Part shown: one piece after another, positions 57,227-64,000 of the stretch | Numbering within the stretch: the stretch's first letter is position 1 | How the letters are laid out: each line of letters starts with the position of its first letter | Source: an uncultured Bacilli bacterium | Lineage (GTDB): Bacteria > Bacillota_I > Bacilli_A > RF39 > UBA660 | NCBI GenBank assembly: GCA_934101115.1 | Contig: CAKOPW010000006.1 | Coordinates: 18,632 to 82,631, forward strand | DNA: 64,000 bases | Direction of reading: 5' to 3' | Notes under the pieces: model-generated | The model's database searches: none | What the model was told of the DNA's origin: nothing | What the model saw: only the letters and a program-made list of their open reading frames with translations | Translations under genes and position numbers: made by a program

Positions 57227-58420
57227 TCAAATCTTTATTTTGCGTCTTTCACCCCATTTGTTTATGGAATCTACTAACTTATTTAACATTTCTTGATTAA
57301 TTTTTATATTTAAATAATTCATATATATAATCCTTAAACATAAAATCAATTTAAATTGAGCATAATTGTTTTCTAGTTGTTCAAAAACCTTTTTGCTTTC
57401 ATTCATATTAAAATGTGATAAATAATGTCTATGTTCTTTTGCTTTTAATAAAAATATAGAAGTATTATGAGAGTCATTTGCATTTTTTAAATCTTTTTTA
57501 TTTAATATTTGTTTTATAGTATTATCTTTCAAAAAATAATATTCTAATATTTGCCATAATTCTTTTTTATTATCATTATTTAAGGTTATATATGTACCCT
57601 CAATCAATTGAACGAGTAAACTATTATTCATTTCCATATAACCAATACCATTTTGACTTGTCATAAATACATCGTACAAAATATATGTATCTTTTCTAAA
57701 TTTTATAAACCTTTTTATTAAGTCAGCAGTAAGGACTTCTGAACTAATTACAGACAATGCACTATCATTTGAACCAGATTTTAAATTTTGAAAATACTTA
57801 TCAGCTATTTTTTGATACAAAATAATCTCATCATCACCAACATAAAATATATATTTTTCTATTTTAGGAATACTTCCAAATATTAGATAAACAATCTCAA
57901 GAACTCTATAAAGAACATCATCTAATTTTTCTCTCTTTGTTTTTGTTTTAGATTCAATACGAAACAACAAGATAGTTTTGTCATTACTATTATCTATTTT
58001 TTTATCTATGTAAATATTTTTCTGTGAGGTGTATTTAATCTTAAATTTATTTATGTAGCAACCATAATGATAACTTTTAGGATATGAAGTTTCAAATATT
58101 ATTTTATCTGTTAAAATATTGTCTTTTTCACCAATATAGTTTTCAAAAATATAATTAATGCTGACATTTTTAAAAGATACACAGGAATTTGTTTTATATC
58201 CGAGCAAACATTCTAAGCAAGAATAATTTTTACCATTTTCATCAATCAAATATAAATTCATTGCAGGTAACGGAAATAGCAATGGACGATTAAAAATAGC
58301 AAAATAGTCTTCAAATGATAAGTCAAATTGAAAAGACAAGTTTTCTAAATCTAGAAATCCATTAATACTAAAATAGTCTTTCTTATTTACACTAATCTTA
58401 TTTATTTTTACTAATTCCAT
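57227..58420 (-). CDS. Hypothetical protein with a C-terminal HEPN-like R-x4-H motif (ApeA/Abi-like?)
   Basis: 397 aa; KAKEHRHYLSHFN contains R-H-Y-L-S-H (R[NHQD]xxxH) in a predicted helical C-terminal third; 24 nt after the GmrSD-like gene. Confidence 0.4.
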   Translation of the reverse strand: MELVKINKISVNKKDYFSINGFLDLENLSFQFDLSFEDYFAIFNRPLLFPLPAMNLYLIDENGKNYSCLECLLGYKTNSCVSFKNVSINYIFENYIGEKDNILTDKIIFETSYPKSYHYGCYINKFKIKYTSQKNIYIDKKIDNSNDKTILLFRIESKTKTKREKLDDVLYRVLEIVYLIFGSIPKIEKYIFYVGDDEIILYQKIADKYFQNLKSGSNDSALSVISSEVLTADLIKRFIKFRKDTYILYDVFMTSQNGIGYMEMNNSLLVQLIEGTYITLNNDNKKELWQILEYYFLKDNTIKQILNKKDLKNANDSHNTSIFLLKAKEHRHYLSHFNMNESKKVFEQLENNYAQFKLILCLRIIYMNYLNIKINQEMLNKLVDSINKWGERRKIKI

Positions 58421-58444
58421 ACCTACCGTTTACTCCCTCACATT

Positions 58445-60925
58445 TTATTTTAAATTTTTTTCATAACTTTGTTTTAATATATTTTTAACATATTCAATAT
58501 CAGAATCTTGATTAACAATTATATATCTATCGTGAGTCCACTGATAACTTTCAGCAAGTTCTCCTACCATTTCCTTTGGATCATTGTAATCTCCAGTCAT
58601 AAGAACATATTTTAAACTATTCTTCTGAAACCATAATTCAATAAAATTTTTTCCATAATAATATGATAAATAAACTGATGTAGTATTTTTCTTTATATCA
58701 CTATTCAATGACATTACATAATTATCTAATTCATTATAAATATTCATAATTTCAGTATTTGTGTTTTTTGATATTTTGTTAAATTGATTTTCATCAAATA
58801 TTACTTCTCTTAATGATGAACTTTCAATTTCTTTATTTTCAGGAATAGTAACATCAATTTCATTATCCTCATCTTTTATCATAAAATCTAATCCAAGCAT
58901 TTTGATTCTTTCTGCTTTATTAGGAATAATAAAATCATATCTTTTTTCCATAAAAGAAATCATTGTCAAGCCACGATTTAGAATCTCATCTGGTGTCCAT
59001 TCTAAACATTTAGCAACTTGCATTTCAGAATGAGAACCATTTTCATATCCTCTAGTTCTATCCAATCCATGTTTTTTGTCATCAAATGAATAATTTTGTA
59101 ATTTAACATTTATACTTAACGATAATGGTAATAAATTGCCTAAAGAACCATTTAAATATTTTCTTTGAGTATCTGTATAATTACCAAATCTCTCTACCCA
59201 ATATTCATTGGTATCTGTTTGAGGATAAATATGTTCAATTGAAACTTTATCTTTTTCATCTTTTTTAAATAAATTTTCTGGATATATTTTTTGATTAGCT
59301 TGATTATTCATTAGATATAATTCATATTCATATAAGAAATAAGTTTTTGCTGGCCATGAATAATATCCCTTATAGTTTTTAAATAATCTATTAATATTAT
59401 TTAAAATAGCATTCATATTAGCAACTTTATTATCACTTAAATAATCTATTTTATCTAATTCTTCATTTACTTCATCTAAAGTAACTTCATTAATATAAAA
59501 TTTGTGTGCTAAATTCCAAAAGAAGCTGTTTTTATAAGTGGATTGATAATTAACTAATCTAAAGTGTAAAAATATAAATCTTTCTATCTTTTTTAAAGTA
59601 TTTACTTTATCAGATTCTGTAATCTCTTTTTTTGACAATAAAACTGTTATTAAAGGTTTGAAATATACAAATTGTAATCTATTTAACTTTTGAAGCATTG
59701 CTCTTACTTCACCACTTGATTCATACTCATCTGGATTTTGTACAATATACCAATATGGAATTAATGACTTCATACTATTAATATATTTGCTAATACTTCC
59801 TAAAGTTAATTTTTCTTTTTTATTTTCTGTTACAATTTCTTCTTTCGTTTCTATTTCGGATACATCTAAATTATCTATGTTTATCTCATCGTTATTTTCT
59901 TCTTGTGTTTTAATAATATATTTATCTGAAATGTTATTTTGATTAAAATAATCATTCAATAAAAACGATGCGTATGTAACTTTATTAGATCTTGTATAAC
60001 CAAAATATATAATCCAATGGTCTTGTAAAAAATCTTCATCATTTAATGCTTTTAATTTATTCTTTCCTAAATAGCCATATACATCTTTCCAAGTATTATT
60101 AATATTTTTTCTAATAGCTTTTTTATTATCTTCTTCATCTGAAAATATAGTTGATAAATATATTAATCTATTTTTTAATAACTCTAAATTAGATAATCTT
60201 TTTCCCCTATTATTCATTGTTTCAAATGCAACAAAAACATTAAAGTCATTATCTATATAATACATATTAAATTTTAGTTTTTGAGTTATCTTTCTAAATA
60301 TATCTTCAATGGAATGAATTCCGTTTTTATCATATTCTTCTTGAAGTCTATCCGAAAAGAATTTCTTGGCATTTTCTAAATTCAATGTATAAAATGTTTC
60401 ATTTAAAAGTCCAGAATTAGGTTCACCTAATATTTTATGTTTAAAGAATTCATAACTTGGATTGTCAACCTCATATCCGAACTTAAATGTTTTAATTATA
60501 TCTGCAGAATCAGGTTTTGAAATCACAAGAAAATCTTCTTCTATTTTATTAAGTGGAATACTATTAATAAAAATTTGATTCATTTCCTTATCAGGATTAA
60601 TTCTTTTATAAAATAAAACAATTTCATTTATTAATATAATAAAAGTCGTAAGCCTTTGTTGTCCATCAACAACATGATAGGCATTATAATTCCAATTATC
60701 TAAAAGCCATCTTTCATCATTCCACTTTTCATCACTTGTATATTCTCTATCTAATTTCTTCAAAGAAATCATACCTGTATAATGATCTCTGTTTGGAAGC
60801 AAATTTAAAATATCACTCCAAAATTCTTCTAATTGTAATTCTCCCCAAGAATACCCTCTTTGATAATCTGGTATTCTAAAAATTGATCTATTAAATAAAT
60901 CAGTTAATGATAATAAGTCATTCAT
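58445..60925 (-). CDS. DUF262/DUF1524 (GmrSD-family) nuclease-like protein with an extra C-terminal domain
   Basis: IPDYQRGYSW and VVDGQQRLTT (DUF262/ParB-like); SIEHIYPQ and LGNLLPLSLSINVKLQN (DUF1524 His-Me finger); the C-terminal ~130 aa are related to the 287-aa neighbour. Confidence 0.8.
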   Translation of the reverse strand: MNDLLSLTDLFNRSIFRIPDYQRGYSWGELQLEEFWSDILNLLPNRDHYTGMISLKKLDREYTSDEKWNDERWLLDNWNYNAYHVVDGQQRLTTFIILINEIVLFYKRINPDKEMNQIFINSIPLNKIEEDFLVISKPDSADIIKTFKFGYEVDNPSYEFFKHKILGEPNSGLLNETFYTLNLENAKKFFSDRLQEEYDKNGIHSIEDIFRKITQKLKFNMYYIDNDFNVFVAFETMNNRGKRLSNLELLKNRLIYLSTIFSDEEDNKKAIRKNINNTWKDVYGYLGKNKLKALNDEDFLQDHWIIYFGYTRSNKVTYASFLLNDYFNQNNISDKYIIKTQEENNDEINIDNLDVSEIETKEEIVTENKKEKLTLGSISKYINSMKSLIPYWYIVQNPDEYESSGEVRAMLQKLNRLQFVYFKPLITVLLSKKEITESDKVNTLKKIERFIFLHFRLVNYQSTYKNSFFWNLAHKFYINEVTLDEVNEELDKIDYLSDNKVANMNAILNNINRLFKNYKGYYSWPAKTYFLYEYELYLMNNQANQKIYPENLFKKDEKDKVSIEHIYPQTDTNEYWVERFGNYTDTQRKYLNGSLGNLLPLSLSINVKLQNYSFDDKKHGLDRTRGYENGSHSEMQVAKCLEWTPDEILNRGLTMISFMEKRYDFIIPNKAERIKMLGLDFMIKDEDNEIDVTIPENKEIESSSLREVIFDENQFNKISKNTNTEIMNIYNELDNYVMSLNSDIKKNTTSVYLSYYYGKNFIELWFQKNSLKYVLMTGDYNDPKEMVGELAESYQWTHDRYIIVNQDSDIEYVKNILKQSYEKNLK

Positions 60926-60942
60926 ATATTTTTCACCTCATC

Positions 60943-61683
60943 TTACATATTATCAATTAAAACATCAAGTTGTTTTCTATCTAAATTAAAATTATATATA
61001 GTATATTGTAAACATAATAATTTTTGAGTTAAGCATAATTCCGACAAATCTAAGCCTTTAACAAAGTTATTATATTTAGAAACAATGTCATTCTCCAACA
61101 AAATATTATCTTCTAAGTATTTTTTTATTTCATCAATGCTTTTATTGTTTAAATCATTTTTTATGTTTAAATTTTTAACTTGCAAATAATATTTGAGATA
61201 AATATCTTTTTGAATTGGTAACATATTATTTAAATATATTTCCACATCATTCATTTTACAAAATCCCATTAAAAGATTAATCAAAGGTTTAACTACATCT
61301 TCATGTTTATAGCCATGAACACCAGTACCAAGACTTGGAATTAAAACTTTTTTATATCCGTTTTCCTTTATGCTTAAAAGTAGGTTATTATAGCAATCCA
61401 TAAGTGAGTTAATAGGATCTGTTTCCTCATAATACTTAGGTGCTAAAACATGTATTATATCCATAGGTAAATTAAATCCAGGTGTAATTCTAACCTCACC
61501 ATTAACCATATATTCTTTATAAGTATTTTGACAATATTCTATTAATTCATTTCCTGAAGCTCTACAAATCACTCCACAAATACCACTGCCGTATTGCATA
61601 TATTTATTTTGTGCATTTACAATAGCGTCCATATTATTAGAATTTAATATAAAATCACCACATGTTAGATATAATTTTCCCAT
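60943..61683 (-). CDS. Macro-domain protein with an ~90-aa C-terminal extension
   Basis: GDFILNSNNMDAIVNAQNKYMQYGSGICGVI, RITPGFNLPMDIIHVLAP, LIPSLGTGVHGY: canonical MacroD-like motifs. Confidence 0.75.
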   Translation of the reverse strand: MGKLYLTCGDFILNSNNMDAIVNAQNKYMQYGSGICGVICRASGNELIEYCQNTYKEYMVNGEVRITPGFNLPMDIIHVLAPKYYEETDPINSLMDCYNNLLLSIKENGYKKVLIPSLGTGVHGYKHEDVVKPLINLLMGFCKMNDVEIYLNNMLPIQKDIYLKYYLQVKNLNIKNDLNNKSIDEIKKYLEDNILLENDIVSKYNNFVKGLDLSELCLTQKLLCLQYTIYNFNLDRKQLDVLIDNM

Positions 61684-61707
61684 AACTCACCTCAGGATCT
61701 TTCCAAA

Positions 61708-61741
61708 TATAATTATACCATAAAAAGTGTAAATTTACATT
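61708..61741 (-). promoter_or_regulatory. 34-nt promoter/operator module, copy 2 (upstream of the Macro operon)
   Basis: Identical to 57142-57175; -10 lies ~29 nt upstream of the Macro ATG, with a TGAGGTGAG SD between. Confidence 0.6.
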
Positions 61742-61763
61742 AGAAGCCAAAGAAAAAGCCATA

Positions 61764-62627
61764 CTACTTTTTATAGTATAGCTCATTTAATTTATTTTTA
61801 ACATCAATTGGATTTATTTTAGTTAAATCAAAACTCTTTTTGATTAAAGGCATAATAGTTTCTATGTCAGATTCTTCTTTAATTTTAAAACTTCTACATA
61901 AAGGTTCATAAGTACTACGACCTACAACAGATAAAATATTATTCTCATCTTCAACTGCTAAAATTCTTATATATAGGCAATTTGACCTCTTTTCAATTAT
62001 CAAGAAGTTTCTTGATGCAGTAAACACAATACCTTTAATCATCTTTTTCTTCTTTATACTTCTATCAATAGATTTAACATTATCCGTTAAAATTTTTGTT
62101 AAATTATTAAGATGATTTATCATAAATGGATTTGTTATCTGCTCATACTCTTTATCAATAAGATACTTGGCATAATTTAGGGAATTCTCATCCCCAACCC
62201 TCATTTTGTATTTTAAAGAACACTTTTCATATCCCTTTCTAATACTTAACTTATTTTCCTTATCAAATATCTTGACATCTTTTAGAAAACATAGAATCAT
62301 TTCTGTTTCATTTAATGTTACTTCCAAAATTCTACATCTATACTTAAAAGAAATTCCTTTAACTAAATAATTCCTAATTATCTTTCTATCTTTTTTTAGA
62401 ACATAATCTTCTAAATCATCATATAACTCTATTACCTTGGCATCTTTGTTGGTAGTTAATTTTTTATAATTACTAGTGTTAATATCATAAGAACGATTGT
62501 TTATTTTTCTACTATTCTTTACATGATTTGAAGTATAGCTCAAACATCCTTTTGGCTGTTCCAAATCAAGTTCTGGGTGGTATATATTACCATCGTGGGC
62601 AAAATCATTGGTAGTATAGACTTCCAT
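61764..62627 (-). CDS. Hypothetical protein with two copies of the module found at the C-terminus of the GmrSD-like protein (DUF5655-like as I recall)
   Basis: LYDDLEDYV..ISFKY..ILEV vs IYNELDNYV..YLSYYY..FIELW in the 826-aa protein; a second, weaker copy at aa ~175-270. Confidence 0.45.
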   Translation of the reverse strand: MEVYTTNDFAHDGNIYHPELDLEQPKGCLSYTSNHVKNSRKINNRSYDINTSNYKKLTTNKDAKVIELYDDLEDYVLKKDRKIIRNYLVKGISFKYRCRILEVTLNETEMILCFLKDVKIFDKENKLSIRKGYEKCSLKYKMRVGDENSLNYAKYLIDKEYEQITNPFMINHLNNLTKILTDNVKSIDRSIKKKKMIKGIVFTASRNFLIIEKRSNCLYIRILAVEDENNILSVVGRSTYEPLCRSFKIKEESDIETIMPLIKKSFDLTKINPIDVKNKLNELYYKK

Positions 62628-62670
62628 AATATCTAATGATTTAATACCATTTAAGGGGTAATTAAAGAAC

Positions 62671-62994
62671 TTAAAAATGTTCTTGTAGTAACACCAAGAT
62701 TGCTTCTTTTTCTAAAGACATCATGGAACTTCTAGCTTTTTTAGAATTGTTTTGACGATCTTCATATATAGCTTCTTTAAAGTCTGTAAATACCGTATCA
62801 TATTCATCAAATGCCGGAATACTTAAAAGAGAATCTATAAAACTTTTTTGAATATCTGTTTCTAGAGATTTAGATGCCACTTCTGATATTTTATTAAGAA
62901 TTTGGGAAACTTCTGATAAACTATCTCCATGATCAGATATTTTATTTTGTAATTTATTTAACAATTCTTTTAATTCATCCATAAATAATTCCAC
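62671..62994 (-). CDS. Hypothetical helical protein (107 aa)
   Basis: ORF with TAGGTGGA SD. Confidence 0.4.
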   Translation of the reverse strand: MELFMDELKELLNKLQNKISDHGDSLSEVSQILNKISEVASKSLETDIQKSFIDSLLSIPAFDEYDTVFTDFKEAIYEDRQNNSKKARSSMMSLEKEAILVLLQEHF

Positions 62995-63057
62995 CTACTA
63001 TAACTAATATACCATTATTTTATGATATTTATTAAAAAAAATTAGTTGACTTTACAA

Positions 63058-64000
63058 CTAATTTAATTCGTTTTTACTAAATCCGTTTAGTTTCCATAAA
63101 GGAGCAATCATATTTAATGATTCTAATTCTTTATATATTTCACTTAATTCATGAGCATCCACAAATATTTCGTGTTCTAAAAACATTTTCTTTAGTTCTT
63201 TCTTATTAAACACTCCAATTTGGATTGTATAGTAAATATCATCAATAAGACAACTTTCAGTTTCTAAATCATTTTGTAGTAAAGTTGCTTCTATTTCATT
63301 TTTCAAATTTATAAATTCGTTAAAATCAAGTACTTTATAATCAGTTCTTTTTGATTTTTCGTTTTTTATATAATCAAATGAATCTTGATCAAAGATTGAA
63401 TCAACTATATAATTTTCGATTACTGGAAGATGTTTATATTCAATGAATTCATTCAATTCTTCTTCAGTTAATTTAACAGCTGATTTTTCTAATAATTCTA
63501 TTAACTTTTCTTTATGTATTATTCCATTTGCTTCAATGTAATTTGTTATGGAATAAGCGATATCATGGAAATTATCTTTATATCTTTTTTCTAATTTTCT
63601 ACGAAGTTTTTTTCTTTTTTCCACAACACTTCTCAATTCGTTTGGCATAAGATATTTGTACTCATCATTTACTAAAGCGATTCCTATTTTTCCGTGAACT
63701 ATAAATTTAGGATCAAAAGTATCATAACAAACATCCTCTGATTCGATGATTTCCAAAGTGTATTCATCAATATCAGTTATCTCATTATAACTTTCAATTA
63801 TATCTTCTTTACTTATATTAAGTTCATCCAATAAATTAGTTGATTCTAAAAATCTATCAATAGTGAACTCTTCTTTACTTTTTATCTTTGCAGCATCATT
63901 TTTTAAGGCATCTAAGAAAGAATCGTTTAAATTTCTTCCTTTTAAAGCTACAAAACGAATATCTTTAACAACGTTTAAATAATAAGTTGAGATTTGTCTT
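63058..64000 (-). CDS. Hypothetical protein, 5'-partial (frame stays open to the window edge; the TTG start in the ORF track is probably not real)
   Basis: Hand translation of 63832-63999 gives RQISTYYLNVVKDIRFVALKGRNLNDSF... in the same frame with no stop. Confidence 0.5.
   Translation of the reverse strand, partial: RQISTYYLNVVKDIRFVALKGRNLNDSFLDALKNDAAKIKSKEEFTIDRFLESTNLLDELNISKEDIIESYNEITDIDEYTLEIIESEDVCYDTFDPKFIVHGKIGIALVNDEYKYLMPNELRSVVEKRKKLRRKLEKRYKDNFHDIAYSITNYIEANGIIHKEKLIELLEKSAVKLTEEELNEFIEYKHLPVIENYIVDSIFDQDSFDYIKNEKSKRTDYKVLDFNEFINLKNEIEATLLQNDLETESCLIDDIYYTIQIGVFNKKELKKMFLEHEIFVDAHELSEIYKELESLNMIAPLWKLNGFSKNELN

Noticed and set aside
60943-62627. DarTG toxin-antitoxin (Macro protein as DarG, upstream 287-aa protein as DarT)
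   Set aside because: The upstream protein shows none of the DarT/DUF4433-like features I can recall, and it is separated from the Macro gene by its own promoter module. The Macro gene is instead coupled to the downstream GmrSD-like gene. This cannot be fully excluded without HMM searches.
1-64000. Search for tRNA, rRNA, CRISPR arrays and terminal repeats of the ICE
   Set aside because: By eye I recognised no cloverleaf-like GTTCGAATC/T-loop signatures, no rRNA-like GC-rich blocks and no regularly spaced direct repeats. No inverted or direct repeat matching the 20.38-20.45 kb junction was found further right, which is expected for serine-recombinase att sites because they share only a short core.

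Overview
Strongly AT-rich segment from a low-GC, spore-forming Firmicute (spoIVA is present); almost every gene is on the minus strand. Region 1-20.4 kb is chromosomal: ftsA, two tandem mini protein-kinase-like genes, murT/gatD, a two-gene secreted-protein operon with a shared 5' module, a small-RNA/small-peptide locus, folA-thyA, vanY-like, hup, a BY-kinase/phosphatase module, spoIVA, and two sigma/anti-sigma pairs. At about 20.4 kb a large serine recombinase marks the left end of an integrative conjugative element (ICE) that appears to have inserted inside a coding sequence. The ICE carries a Gram-positive T4SS set (VirD4-like, VirB4-like, VirB6-like, M23 hydrolase), a relaxase, SSB, a sortase plus thioester adhesin, a Y-family polymerase with YolD, an orphan methylase and an ABC/TetR/GNAT cargo. 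Its right boundary is not resolved in this window. Region 50-64 kb is defence-like: type I R-M hsdRMS plus a three-gene operon (Macro domain, DUF262/DUF1524 GmrSD-like, HEPN-like) that shares an identical 34-nt promoter/operator module with hsdR. I rate this operon the best candidate for an undescribed system. Other points worth a second look:
- GatD has both catalytic residues substituted.
- folA has an in-frame stop next to an insertion-bearing thyA.
- A poly-C8 tract lies upstream of the surface-protein operon.
- There is a candidate type I toxin-antitoxin locus.
- An iteron-like origin region lies inside the ICE.
No rRNA, tRNA or CRISPR array was recognised. All family assignments come from motifs read by eye and need HMM or BLAST confirmation.
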